64,000 bases of DNA. It comes from Candidatus Eiseniibacteriota bacterium. Its GTDB lineage: Bacteria; Eisenbacteria; RBG-16-71-46; SZUA-252. The translations under genes and the position numbers were made by a program. Location of the stretch: NCBI GenBank assembly GCA_963703225.1, contig OY969801.1, positions 2,368,001 through 2,432,000 on the forward strand. The letters run 5' to 3'. Every line of letters starts with the position of its first letter. The first letter of the stretch is position 1. Below, one piece after another: positions 22,001-32,693 of the stretch. Under the pieces are notes generated by a model. It was not told where the DNA came from, did not search any database, and was given only the letters and a program-made list of their open reading frames with translations.

Positions 22001-25000
22001 GAATCCTGGCAACAAGACCGTCAACGAGCTCGTGGCGTTGACCTTCACGGTGACGGCGACGGATGCCGACGTGCCGGCGAACACGATCGCATGGTCGCTG
22101 GACGCGGGCGCTCCCGCCGGAGCCGCGATTGTGACTGGGACCGGTGCCTTCTCGTGGGCCCCGACCGAAGCACAGGGTCCGGGCACCTACCCGGTGACTA
22201 TTCGCGCGACGGACAACGGCACCCCGGCGATGAGCGGCATCGCGGCCATCACGATCACGGTCAACGAGGTGAATGTCGCACCGATCCTGGTGCCCATCGG
22301 GAACAAGGCGGGTACCGTGGGGGTGGCGATCACCTTCACGGCGACCGCGACCGATGCCGACATTCCGGCCAACACCTTGACCTTCTCGCTCGATGCGGGC
22401 GCTCCTGCCGGCGCGACGATCAATTCCTCGACGGGCGCCTTTAGCTGGACTCCCGCGGCCAACGGCGGCTTCCCGGTGACGGTCCGCGTGACGGACAACG
22501 GCTCTCCAACGATGAGCGCCTTCGAGCTCATTACGATCACGGTGAGCGCGGCCCCGAACCAGGCACCAGTGCTGGGCCTGATCGGCAACAAGACGGTGAA
22601 CGAGTTGGTGGCGCTCACCTTCACGGCCACGGCGACCGATCCGGACGCCGGCTCGGTGCTCACGTTCTCGCTGGATGCGGGCGCCCCGGCCGGGGCGACC
22701 ATCAACAGCTCAACGGGCGCTTTCTCCTGGACCCCGACGGAGTCGCAGGGCCCGGGCGCCTATCCGATCACGGTTCGGGTGACGGACAACGGCAGCCCGA
22801 CCCTGAGCGACTTCGAGACGATCACGGTCACCGTCAATGAGGTGAACGTGGCGCCCGTGGTAACGAATCCCGGCAACAAGACCGTCGACGAACTGGTGGC
22901 GTTGACCTTCACGGTGACGGCGACGGATGCTGACATTCCCGCGAACACGATTGCGTGGTCATTGGACGCGGGTGCTCCTGCCGGTGCCACGATTGGTGCG
23001 GGGACCGGCGCCCTCAGCTGGACCCCGACCGAAGCGCAGGGTCCTGGCACCTATCCGGTGACCATTCGCGCGACGGATAACGGCACCCCGGCGATGAGCG
23101 GCACGGCCGCGATCACAGTCACCGTCAATGAGGTGAACGTTGCGCCGGTGGTCACGAATCCCGGCAACAAGACCGTCAACGAGCTCGTGGCGTTGACCTT
23201 CACGGTGACCGCGACGGACGCCGACGTGCCTGCGAACACGATCTCGTGGTCGTTGGACGCCGGTGCTCCTGCCGGCGCCACGATTGGTGCCGGCACCGGC
23301 GCCTTCAGCTGGACCCCGAGCGAAGCGCAGGGTCCGGGCACCTACCCGGTGACTATTCGCGCGACGGACAACGGCACCCCAGCGATGAGCGGCACGCGGC
23401 GATCACGATCACGGTCAACGAGGTGAATGTCGCACCGGTCCTCGTGCCCATCGGGAACAAGGCGGGGACGGTGGGGGTGGCGATCACCTTCACGGCAACC
23501 GCGACCGATGCCGACATTCCGGCCAACACCTTGACCTTCTCGCTCGATGCGGGCGCTCCTGCCGGCGCGACGATCAATTCCTCGACGGGCGCCTTTAGCT
23601 GGACTCCCGCGGCCAACGGCGGCTTCCCGGTGACGGTCCGCGTGACGGACAACGGCTCTCCAACGATGAGCGCCTTCGAACTCATTACGATCACGGTGAG
23701 CGCGGCCCCGAACCAGGCACCAGTGCTGGGCCTGATCGGCAACAAGACGGTGAACGAGTTGGTGGCGCTCACCTTCACGGCCACGGCGACCGATCCGGAC
23801 GCCGGCTCGGTGCTCACGTTCTCGCTGGATGCGGGCGCTCCGGCCGGGGCGACCATCAACAGCTCAACGGGCGCTTTCTCCTGGACCCCGACGGAGTCGC
23901 AGGGCCCGGGCGCCTATCCGATCACGGTTCGGGTGACGGACAACGGCAGCCCGACGCTGAGCGACTTCGAGACGATCACGGTCACCGTCAATGAGGTGAA
24001 CGTGGCGCCGGTTCTGGCGGCCATCGGGAACAAGGCGGGGACGGCGGGGGTGGCAATCACCTTCACGGCCACCGCGACCGACGTCGACATTCCGGCCAAC
24101 ACCTTGACCTTCTCGCTCGACGCGGGTGCCCCTGCCGGCGCGACGATCAATTCCTCGACCGGCGCCTTTAGCTGGACGCCTGCTGCCAACGGCGGCTTCC
24201 CGGTGACGGTCCGGGTGACGGACAACGGCTCTCCAACGATGAGCGCCTTCGAGCTCATTACGATCACGGTGAGCGCGGCTCCGAACCAGGCACCAGTGCT
24301 GGGTGCGATCGGCAACAAGACGGTGAATGAGCTGGTGGCGCTCACCTTCACCGCCACGGCGACCGATCCGGACGCGGGCTCGGTTCTCACGTTCTCGCTG
24401 GATGCGGGCGCTCCTGCAGGAGCGACCATTAACAGCTCAACGGGGGTCTTCTCCTGGACCCCGACGGAGTCGCAGGGCCCGGGCGCCTATCCGATCACGG
24501 TTCGGGTGACGGACAACGGCAGCCCGACGCTGAGCGACTTCGAGACGATCACGGTCACCGTCAACGAGGTGAACGTGGCGCCGGTTCTGGCGGCGATCGG
24601 GAACAAGAGCGTGGCCGTGGGCACCCCTCTCGCCTTCACGGCGACCGCGACCGATGCCGACATTCCGGCCAACACCTTGACCTTCTCGCTCGACGCGGGC
24701 GCACCTGGCGGGGCGACGATCAATTCCTCGACGGGCGCCTTCGCCTGGACGCCCGCGGCGACCGGCAGCTTCCCAGCGACGGTCCGCGTGACGGACAACG
24801 GCAATCCGACTCTGAGTGACTTCGAGGCGATCACGATCACGGTGACGGGTGAAACCGCTCTGCCGACGCTATCGATCAGCGACGTCAAGGTCATCGAGAG
24901 GAATGAAGGACTGGTTGAAGCGACGTTCATGGTGACCCTCTCACCCACGAGCGGCCAGCGCGTTGCCGTCGACTTTGCGACGAGCGATGGGACCGCCTCG

Positions 25001-25915
25001 ACACCCTCGGACTACATGCCCGCCAGGGGGACACTCGCATTTTCGCCGGGCAGGACGGTCCAGTTCATCACGGTCAGGGTGACGGGCGACCGTCGCATCG
25101 AGCCGGATGAGACGTTCCTGGTCGATCTCACCAACCCCGTGAACTCCACGATCTCGGATGCGGAGGGCGTGGGGGACATCGTCAATGACGACGCGCAAGT
25201 CGTCGTCAGGCCTCGCTCCGCATGCTTCTGGAGGAATCGGCCGAGCGATATCGCGATGTATCTCCCGCAAACACTCGGCAACTTGGTGGTCACCACCGTG
25301 GATCAGGCGCAAGCAATCCTAAAGAGCCGGCATGATACGCGGAACGCAAACAGCAGGCTGCGAGCCGAGCTCCTGGCCGCGCTCCTCAACCTGGCCAATG
25401 GGGCGACGGGCGCGGATTGCATCCAGTCCACGATCGCCGATGCCCAAACATTCTTGCTGGCTTACGGAAACCTGGTTCTCAAGCGCAGGTCCTACCCCAC
25501 GCAGTACGAACAGGCCGGACGATTGACCGAGCGGCTGCGCGGCTATAACCACGCACGGCTCGATTGTCTCCACAATCAGTTCGCGGAGGATAACGACGAC
25601 CGGATGGACGACGAAGGCGATCTGGCCTTCGCCCAGGGCCGACTCGAGCTGAGACCCAATTCACCGAACCCGTTCAACGGCGATACCCACATCGAGTATC
25701 TACTTCCCGCCGGGACCCACGCGCGGCTCGCCGTCTACGACGTCCGCGGACGAGAGGTGAAGGTGCTCGTGGACGAGAATCAGGCGGCAGGAGTCCACTT
25801 CGTGTCGTGGAATGGCACCGGGCGAGGCTCGGGTCCGCTGGCAAGCGGGGTCTATTTCTACCGGCTGACCGCCGGAGGGCAGACGCTTATGGGGAGGATG
25901 ATTCTGGCTCGATAG
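16064..25915 (+). CDS. Giant secreted adhesin-like protein, ~3,280 aa: beta-helix-like passenger repeats, 16 cadherin-like repeats, Calx-beta, helical domain, PNPF/FlgD-Ig-like C-terminus; 2 frameshifts
   Basis: Signal peptide ending NSAQA; WINAAGGSWGTAANWS N-terminal motif; G/T/N-rich 196-aa repeats; cap YTQSSGG.YNVEIGG...FDQLNISG.ATLNG.L; Calx-beta LSISDVKVIE..EG...VDFATSDGTA...IEPDETFLVDL...IVNDD; ends PNSPNPF...ILAR. ORFs 16064, 18963, 23246 joined at shifts near 18955 and 23395. Confidence 0.85.
16730..19700 (+). repeat. Five near-identical 588-bp (196-aa) tandem repeats
   Basis: tgggattgccagaacaacgcg recurs at ~17242, 17830, 18418, 19007, 19595 (period 588, +1 at the frameshift). Confidence 0.92.
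20245..24850 (+). repeat. Array of 16 cadherin-like ~291-bp units; three almost identical copies at ~21066-21995 and a repeated two-unit block near 22250, 23400 and 24000
   Basis: FxWTP motifs at 20411 through 24745; near-verbatim DNA repetition visible. Confidence 0.9.
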
Positions 25916-27125
25916 GAGCGAGGGGGGCCGCGACGTCCTGCCGCTCGGGCTCGCGGACCCGGGGGAGCAGGAAGAGCGTGATCGCCACGAATACCGCGGT
26001 CGATACGAAGAAGATCGATCGAAGCCCGAACGCGCCCGCGATGGCGCCGCCCAGGAGCGGGCCCATCAGATTTCCGAGCATGAGCGCGGTCGACGTAATG
26101 CCGAGGACCCCGGCGCGGCGAGCGTCGGGAGCCCGAAGGCTGATCATCGCGTGGACGCTCGGGACCACGCCCCCGATGAAGACCCCGTAGGGAATCCGCG
26201 CCAGGAAGAGCTGCCACGGCGCGGTCACCAGCCCCTGCGGTAGCGCGAACAACCCCGAGCCGATCAGCGCGATCCCGAGCGTTGGTCGGTAACCGCCTCG
26301 ATCGCTCCTCCGTCCCCACCGCGGCGCCGTCAGCACCGTCGCGAGCCCGGTCACGGCGAAGATCGCGCCGGTCGTGGTCGCGAGGAGCCTGCCGTGGGCG
26401 CCGAGCGACTCCACGAAGAGCGCCATCACCGGGCCGAGCGCCATGAGCGCGAACTGGCAGCCGAAGAGAACGAAGTAGAGCAGCCGAATCTGCGGTGTCC
26501 CGAAGACCAGCCGGTAGTTCTCCCAAATTCGCCCAAAACCCTCATTCGAGCGCGTCCGCTCCCCTTCCCGGACGAGTGCCATCACGATGATCGCCGAAGT
26601 CAGGGTCAGGGCGGCCGTCACGAAGAAGACCTGCCTCGCCCCAATCCGGTCGGCCAGGTATCCACCCACGAGCGGGCCCAAAATCGTGCCGCTCGGGATC
26701 GCGGTCTGCAGGGTACCCAGCGCGTAGCCCATGCGCTCGCGGGGGGCGCTGGACGCCATGAGCGCGATCGCGGCGGCGATGAAGCCGCTGATGGCCCCCT
26801 GCCCCACGCGGAGAAAGAAGAGCTGCGCGACCGTGGTGGCCAGGCCCATCAAGGTCGCCGCGACCGTCAGGCCGAGCGCGGCGCGAACGACCATCAGTTT
26901 TCGACCGTGGCGATCTCCGAGAAATCCCCAGACGGGCGTCGCCACCGTCGCCGCGAAGAACGGGGCCGCGAAAATGAGGCCGCTCATCGTCTCCAGCTTT
27001 CCAGGCTCGGTCACGCCGAGCTGGCGGAGGTAGAGCGGCAGGAACGGAAGGAACATGCTGATGCCGAGCATGGTGAAGAACTCGGCCACCCAGAGCGCGA
27101 AGAGCGTGCGCCGCCACGCCTCCAG
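25887..27125 (-). CDS. MFS transporter (MdtG/DHA1-like); start uncertain
   Basis: Motif A WGFLGDRHGRK, ~12 hydrophobic segments, GTILGPLVGG; homology-like sequence LEAWRRTLFALW extends upstream of GTG 27089 to CTG 27125. Confidence 0.85.
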   Translation of the reverse strand: MEAWRRTLFALWVAEFFTMLGISMFLPFLPLYLRQLGVTEPGKLETMSGLIFAAPFFAATVATPVWGFLGDRHGRKLMVVRAALGLTVAATLMGLATTVAQLFFLRVGQGAISGFIAAAIALMASSAPRERMGYALGTLQTAIPSGTILGPLVGGYLADRIGARQVFFVTAALTLTSAIIVMALVREGERTRSNEGFGRIWENYRLVFGTPQIRLLYFVLFGCQFALMALGPVMALFVESLGAHGRLLATTTGAIFAVTGLATVLTAPRWGRRSDRGGYRPTLGIALIGSGLFALPQGLVTAPWQLFLARIPYGVFIGGVVPSVHAMISLRAPDARRAGVLGITSTALMLGNLMGPLLGGAIAGAFGLRSIFFVSTAVFVAITLFLLPRVREPERQDVAAPLAPIEPESSSP

Positions 27126-27170
27126 CTCCTGGAAGGCGCCGATCGGACCGTCGAGGAATCGGATGGGAGG

Positions 27171-27512
27171 CTAGGAGGCGGCCGCCGCGGCGCACGTGGC
27201 GCAGGGGCAGAGCCGCCGGAGAAGGTCGAAGCTGTAGATCCCGGTGAAGTGGCCGTCGCTCCACTCGAAGTGGAGGGCGTAGTTGCCGACGATCTTGGCG
27301 GCCTCGATCTTGACGTCCGGATTCACGTGCTCTTCGAAGACCATTCGCTGGCCGCTCGTCTCGCTCACGCACTGGGCGCAGGGGCAGCGCCCGCGGAGAT
27401 ATCGCGCAAGGTACTGGCTCTCGTGTCCGTCGGCCCACGCGATCGTGAGGCGCTCGCCGCCCTTCTTCTTGATGCTGACGGGCGTTCCGGCGTCCGGAGA
27501 GAGTGCGGGCAT
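27171..27512 (-). CDS. DUF971/GBBH-like N-terminal domain protein
   Basis: IAWADGHES.Y...LRGRCPCAQC, VGNYAL.FEWSDGH.TGIYSF..L. Confidence 0.88.
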   Translation of the reverse strand: MPALSPDAGTPVSIKKKGGERLTIAWADGHESQYLARYLRGRCPCAQCVSETSGQRMVFEEHVNPDVKIEAAKIVGNYALHFEWSDGHFTGIYSFDLLRRLCPCATCAAAAAS

Positions 27513-27513
27513 C

Positions 27514-28599
27514 CTACTCCTCGACGATGGTGAGGGCGATCTGCTTGAAGGTCCGAATGCTCACCTGCTGGGCCAATTTTCCGGCGATGTCGCCGAACGC
27601 GCGCCCCGATGGAGAATCGGGCGCGGAGAGGACGACCGGGGTCCCCTCGTCGGAATAGCGGCGGATCGCGGCGTCGAGCGGGATTTCGCCCAGGAATGGA
27701 ATTCCCAGGGATTCCGCCGCGCGTCGGGCCCCGCCGTGCCCGAAGAGATCGTCGCGCTCTCCGCAGTGCGGACAGACGTAGGTGCTCATGTTCTCGACAA
27801 TGCCCAGGATATGCACCTTCGTCTGCTGGAACATGCGGAGCGTTTTCATGGAGATCTGCAAGCCCACGTCCTGCGGCGTCGATACGATCACAGCCCCCGT
27901 CACCGTCGCCGTCTGCACCAGCGTGAGGTGGACGTCGCCCGTGCCGGGCGGAAGATCCACCACGAGGTAGTCCAGCTCCCCCCAATCCACGCCCAGAAGG
28001 CACTGCTGGAGCGCCTTGTGCGCCATCGGGCCGCGCCAGATGAGCGGCTGGTCTCCAGGGCTCATGTACCCCATCGACATCAGCTTGACGCCGTGCGCTT
28101 CGCCCGGGTCGATTCGATTGTCCGCGCGCGGCTCGGCGGGACGGCCGGACCGCATCATGATTGGAATGCTGGGCCCGTAAATGTCCGCGTCCAGGAGCCC
28201 GACCCGCGCGCCGCTTCGCGCCAGCGAAACCGCAAGGTTGGCCGCGACGGTCGACTTCCCCACGCCCCCCTTTCCGCTTCCCACCGCGATGATGTGCCGC
28301 ACGTTCTTCAGGACGCCTGTATCCGGAGCCGGAGGTCTGCGGACCTCGGCGGTCATGTTCACCCGAACATCCCGGACTCCAGGGACTTTGGCCAGCACCG
28401 CCTGCTGCGACTGCTCCCGAAGCCGGTCTTTGACCGGGCAGGCAGGGGTCGTGAGATTGACGTCGAAGGAAACGGTCGAGCCCTCGATCTTGAGGTTGCG
28501 AACGAAGTTGAGGCTCACGATGTCCCGATTCAGGTCGGGATCCATGACCGTGCGGAGCGCATCTAATACTTGAGATTCCGCGATCGCGGTGTCTGTCAT
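27514..28599 (-). CDS. mrp: Mrp/ApbC/NBP35 Fe-S cluster carrier ATPase with N-terminal DUF59
   Basis: VMDPDL.RDIV, LTTPACP, GKGGVGKST, DADIYGPS, WRGPM, DLPPGTGD, ENMS...CPHC. Confidence 0.93.
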   Translation of the reverse strand: MTDTAIAESQVLDALRTVMDPDLNRDIVSLNFVRNLKIEGSTVSFDVNLTTPACPVKDRLREQSQQAVLAKVPGVRDVRVNMTAEVRRPPAPDTGVLKNVRHIIAVGSGKGGVGKSTVAANLAVSLARSGARVGLLDADIYGPSIPIMMRSGRPAEPRADNRIDPGEAHGVKLMSMGYMSPGDQPLIWRGPMAHKALQQCLLGVDWGELDYLVVDLPPGTGDVHLTLVQTATVTGAVIVSTPQDVGLQISMKTLRMFQQTKVHILGIVENMSTYVCPHCGERDDLFGHGGARRAAESLGIPFLGEIPLDAAIRRYSDEGTPVVLSAPDSPSGRAFGDIAGKLAQQVSIRTFKQIALTIVEE

Positions 28600-28712
28600 C
28601 TGCTCTCCTGGCGGGGAAATCGCTGTCGGGCGGTTCGGACGGGAGATGATACCAACCATGTGAAAGGCCCCCAACGCCTTTCCGACTCCGCCACGGCACT
28701 ATCTTAACGACT

Positions 28713-31121
28713 ATGACGCCGGCTATCCTCGATTCGATGCGCACCCAGACACCAAATCGGGCGACTCCCGGGGGGCCGCCCCGGACGCCGGATCAGCCGG
28801 ATCAGGACATCGTCTGCGGGATGTCGGTCTCGCCCGGGAGCCCACACCGCCACCGGCACGAAGGCCGCGACTACCTCTTCTGCAGCGCGAGCTGCCGGGA
28901 CCGATTCGTCCGGAACCCGACCGCGTTCCTTTCGGGCCGGGCCACGACCGGTCCCCTCTCGGCGAGAGTCGCCCCTACGGGGACACGCGGGCCCGCGGCC
29001 ACCGCCGCCTCCTCCGCCGAGTACACCTGCCCCATGCACCCGCAGATCCGCCAGGCGGGACCGGGCGCCTGCCCGATCTGCGGCATGGCCCTCGAGCCGG
29101 TCGGAGCCCTGGAGGGCGAGAATCCCGAGCTGCGCCAGATGGCGCGTCGCTTCTGGATCGCCGCGGCACTCACGATCCCTGTCGTCGCCATCGCGATGGC
29201 GCACCTGATTCCGGGCGCCGCCGCGAGGCCCCTCATCGCGACGCGAACCGGCCAGCTCCTCCAGCTTTTCCTCGCCACTCCGATCTGCACCTGGGGGGCC
29301 TGGCCCTTCTACGAACGCGCCGTCGCCTCGATCCGGAACAAGAGCCTTAACATGTTCACGCTGATCGGGCTGGGGGTATTCGTCGCCTACGGCTACAGCG
29401 TCGTGGCCGTGGTATTTCCGGGCCTTTTTCCATCAGGATTCCGCGACGGGCATGGTGAGGTCGGCGTTTACTTCGAGGCGGCTGCCGCGATCGTCACGTT
29501 GGTTCTCCTCGGCCAGGTACTGGAGCTCAAAGCGCGCAGCCACACGAGCGCCGCGGTGCAGAAACTGCTCCGGTTGGGCGCCAAGTCCGCGCGGCGCCTC
29601 CAGGCCGACGGGACCGATGAGGACGTGCCGCTCGAGCGGATCGTGATCGGCGACCGGCTCCTCGTTCGTCCGGGCGAGAAGATCCCGGTCGACGGCGCCG
29701 TCATCGAGGGCGAGAGCGCCGTGGACGAGTCGATGGTCTCGGGCGAATCGATGCCGGTGGTGAAGGGGGCTGGAGACCGCGTGATCGGCGCCACCGTGAA
29801 CGGAACCGGCTCCTTTGTGATGCGGGCGGAGAAGGTTGGATCGGAGACGCTTCTCGCGCGAATCGTCGCGATGGTCGCCGAGGCACAGCGGACTCGGGCG
29901 CCGATTCAGCGGCTCGCCGACGTCATCTCGGCATACTTCGTCCCCTCCGTCGTCGCGATCGCGCTGGCGACATTCACCGCCTGGGCGGCCTGGGGACCCG
30001 AGCCGCGACTGGCGCACGCGCTCGTCAATGCCGTCGCCGTCCTGATCATCGCCTGCCCCTGCGCGCTCGGATTGGCCACGCCCATGTCGATCCTCGTCGC
30101 GAGCGGAAAGGGCGCTTCCTTGGGAATTCTGTTCCGGAATGCGGAGGCGATCGAGGTTCTCGGAAGGGCCGACACGCTCGTGGTGGACAAGACCGGCACG
30201 CTCACCGAAGGCAAGCCCCGCCTCGTCGCCGTGGCCGCGCTGGAGGGTGACGGAACCATGCTTCTCGCGCTGGCGGCCAGCTTGGAGCGAAGGAGCGAGC
30301 ACCCGATCGCGGCCGCGGTCGTGCGCGGCGCCAAAGACCGTGGCCTGGCACTCCTGCCGGTGGAGCGATTTGAGAGCCTCACCGGCAAGGGCGTCCAGGG
30401 GGTGGTCGATGGCCACCGGGTCGCCGTGGGAAGCCCCACCCTGTTCGCCGCGCTGGGCCTGGACGTTACCAGGCTCGTCGGAAAGACCGAGGCCGCCCGG
30501 GCCGAGGGACAGACCGTGGCCCTTGTGGCGGTCGATGGGATTCCGGTGGGATTTCTCGGCGTCGCCGATCCCATTCGAGAGAAAGCGTCCGAAGCCGTCG
30601 CCGCGCTCCGACGCGATGGCGTGCGGATCGTGATGCTCACGGGCGATGTCCAAAGCACCGCCGAGAGCGTCGCGAGGAAGCTTGGGATCGAGGAAGTGCT
30701 CGCGGAGGTGTCCCCGGAGAGGAAGCTCGACGAGGTCCGCCGGCTGCAAGGAGAGGGCCACGTCGTCGCGATGGCTGGGGACGGCATCAACGACGCCCCC
30801 GTCCTTGCCCAGGCCGACGTCGGGATCGCCATGGGAACAGGCACCGACGTCGCGATGGAGAGCGCGGCGGTGATCCTCGTCAAAGGCGACCTCCGGGGCA
30901 TCGCCCGGGCGCGGCGGCTCAGCAGCCTCACGATGCGAAACATCAAGCAGAACCTCTTCTTCGCGTTTGTCTACAACGCGCTCGGCGTCCCGATCGCGGC
31001 CGGCGCGCTCTACCCCGCGCTCGGGATCCAGCTCTCGCCCATCCTCGCCGCCGCGGCGATGAGCTTGAGCTCGGTTTCGGTGATCGGGAACGCGCTCCGC
31101 CTGCGCGGCGCTCGGGTCTGA
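28713..31121 (+). CDS. copA: Cu(I)/Ag-translocating P1B-type ATPase with YHS and heavy-metal-binding N-terminal domains
   Basis: DIVCGM...FCSASC, YTCPMHP...[41 protein letters not shown]...MSLSS. Confidence 0.93.
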   Translation: MTPAILDSMRTQTPNRATPGGPPRTPDQPDQDIVCGMSVSPGSPHRHRHEGRDYLFCSASCRDRFVRNPTAFLSGRATTGPLSARVAPTGTRGPAATAASSAEYTCPMHPQIRQAGPGACPICGMALEPVGALEGENPELRQMARRFWIAAALTIPVVAIAMAHLIPGAAARPLIATRTGQLLQLFLATPICTWGAWPFYERAVASIRNKSLNMFTLIGLGVFVAYGYSVVAVVFPGLFPSGFRDGHGEVGVYFEAAAAIVTLVLLGQVLELKARSHTSAAVQKLLRLGAKSARRLQADGTDEDVPLERIVIGDRLLVRPGEKIPVDGAVIEGESAVDESMVSGESMPVVKGAGDRVIGATVNGTGSFVMRAEKVGSETLLARIVAMVAEAQRTRAPIQRLADVISAYFVPSVVAIALATFTAWAAWGPEPRLAHALVNAVAVLIIACPCALGLATPMSILVASGKGASLGILFRNAEAIEVLGRADTLVVDKTGTLTEGKPRLVAVAALEGDGTMLLALAASLERRSEHPIAAAVVRGAKDRGLALLPVERFESLTGKGVQGVVDGHRVAVGSPTLFAALGLDVTRLVGKTEAARAEGQTVALVAVDGIPVGFLGVADPIREKASEAVAALRRDGVRIVMLTGDVQSTAESVARKLGIEEVLAEVSPERKLDEVRRLQGEGHVVAMAGDGINDAPVLAQADVGIAMGTGTDVAMESAAVILVKGDLRGIARARRLSSLTMRNIKQNLFFAFVYNALGVPIAAGALYPALGIQLSPILAAAAMSLSSVSVIGNALRLRGARV

Positions 31122-31225
31122 ACGTGGCGCGGGGGGCGATCTTCTGGTATTGTGGCGGGCTAAAGTCCCGCGCTCAGCGGCGACTCCTGGCCATGGGGGC
31201 GCGGTGGATCGGATGAGGAGGGTCG

Positions 31226-32194
31226 ATGGCGGTATCCAACGATGAGCTAAAGGGCCTCTATTACTACATGAATCTGGTCCGGCAGGTGGACGAGCGCTGC
31301 CGCCGGCTGTTCAAGCAGGGACGCTTTCACGGCACCTACTTCAGCGCGGTCGGCCAGGAAGCGACGGTGGTCGGGCCTTGCTACGGGCTTCGCCCCGAGG
31401 ACGTGATCGGAATCCAGCACCGCGAGATCGGTGCCGTGATCACCAAGGGAATGCCGATCAAGTACCTCATGGCCCAGCTCTTCGCGCGGAAGGACTCGCC
31501 CGACCGCGGGAAGTCGCATCCCTGTCACTACGGCTGGAAACCCGCGGGGATCATCACGCCCGCCTCCACGATCGCGGCTCAAACGGTCATCGTGACGGGC
31601 TGCGCGCTCGCTTGGAAGATCCAGAAGAAGGACAACGTGGCCGTCGCCTTCGTGGGGGAGGGCGCGACCTCGAACGGGGTCTGGCACGAGGCCCTGAATT
31701 TCGCGGGCATTCACAAGCTCGGCTGTGTCTTCATCGTCCAGGACAACCTTTGGGCCGAATCAGTGCCCAAGCGCCTCGGCGTTCCGCTGGAAAATGTCTC
31801 CGAGCGAGCCAAGGCATACGGCTTCCCCGGCATCACGATCGACGGCAATGACCTGCTCCTCTCCTATGAGACCTCGCAGGAGGCGGTCCGGCGGGCGCGC
31901 CGCGGCGACGGCCCGACGCTGATCGAAATGAAGACCTACCGCTGGTACGGCCACTCGGAGATCGACCCGGCCAACTACCGGACCCAGGAAGAGCTCGAGT
32001 ATTGGAAGAAGCGGGACCCCGTCCCGAGATACGAGAAAGTCTTGATGGAGCGCGGCATCATCGACGACGCGCACAAGCAGTCGACGCTCCAGAGGATCGA
32101 GCGGGAGATCGAGGAGGCGATCGAGTTCGCGGAGAAGAGCCCGCACCCCGACCCCGAGGAGATTCTGGAGGACGTCTACGCCCCGCTCGGCTAG
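31226..32194 (+). CDS. 2-oxoacid dehydrogenase E1 alpha subunit (branched-chain or pyruvate type)
   Basis: GQEA, TPP motif GEGATSNG...QDN, TYRWYGHSEID. Confidence 0.92.
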   Translation: MAVSNDELKGLYYYMNLVRQVDERCRRLFKQGRFHGTYFSAVGQEATVVGPCYGLRPEDVIGIQHREIGAVITKGMPIKYLMAQLFARKDSPDRGKSHPCHYGWKPAGIITPASTIAAQTVIVTGCALAWKIQKKDNVAVAFVGEGATSNGVWHEALNFAGIHKLGCVFIVQDNLWAESVPKRLGVPLENVSERAKAYGFPGITIDGNDLLLSYETSQEAVRRARRGDGPTLIEMKTYRWYGHSEIDPANYRTQEELEYWKKRDPVPRYEKVLMERGIIDDAHKQSTLQRIEREIEEAIEFAEKSPHPDPEEILEDVYAPLG

Positions 32195-32225
32195 CGCCCA
32201 GGGCAAGACCCCCCGCGATTCGCGG

Positions 32226-32693
32226 GTGGACATGGTGCAGCTCGTTCTGCCGAACGATGCCAACACTCTGGGGAACGTGCTGGGCGGGATGGTGTTGCAC
32301 TGGGTCGACCTGGCCGCCGCCGTCGTGGCGCATCGCCACTGCCGGTCCGAGGCGGTGACCGCGTCGATCGATCAGGTCTCGTTCTTGGCGCCGATCCGGG
32401 TGGGCCAGCTGGCGGTCATCGCGGCCCGCATGACATACGCCGGCCGGACCTCGATGGAGATCCGGGTCGACGTCGAGTGCGAGGATCTCATGACGGGCGC
32501 GCGGAACCGGACGAGCACCGCCTACGTGACGTTCGTAGCCATCGACAAGAAGGGGCGGCCGAAGCCGGTGCCGCCGTTGATTTCGGAGACCGAAGAAGAT
32601 CGGCGAGAAGCCCGCGCCGCGAAGGCGAGACGCGCCCTGCGGCTGAAAGGGCGGACCGCGAACGAGCCGCCATTGGAGAAAGCGCACCGATGA
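32226..32693 (+). CDS. Acyl-CoA thioesterase (hotdog fold, YciA-like)
   Basis: VLPNDANTLGNVLGG, VTASID.VSF..PI.VG, GRTSMEI, FVAID..GRP.PVP. Confidence 0.9.
   Translation: MDMVQLVLPNDANTLGNVLGGMVLHWVDLAAAVVAHRHCRSEAVTASIDQVSFLAPIRVGQLAVIAARMTYAGRTSMEIRVDVECEDLMTGARNRTSTAYVTFVAIDKKGRPKPVPPLISETEEDRREARAAKARRALRLKGRTANEPPLEKAHR

Noticed and set aside
2280..24850. Repeat arrays as CRISPR or as diversity-generating retroelement template/variable repeats
   Set aside because: Units are 291 or 588 bp, in-frame coding repeats without unique spacers; no cas or reverse transcriptase gene in the window and no evident adenine-specific variation.
2225..24948. Many long antisense and alternate-frame ORFs over the giant genes
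   Set aside because: Shadow ORFs expected from high GC and repeated codon patterns; no independent motifs.
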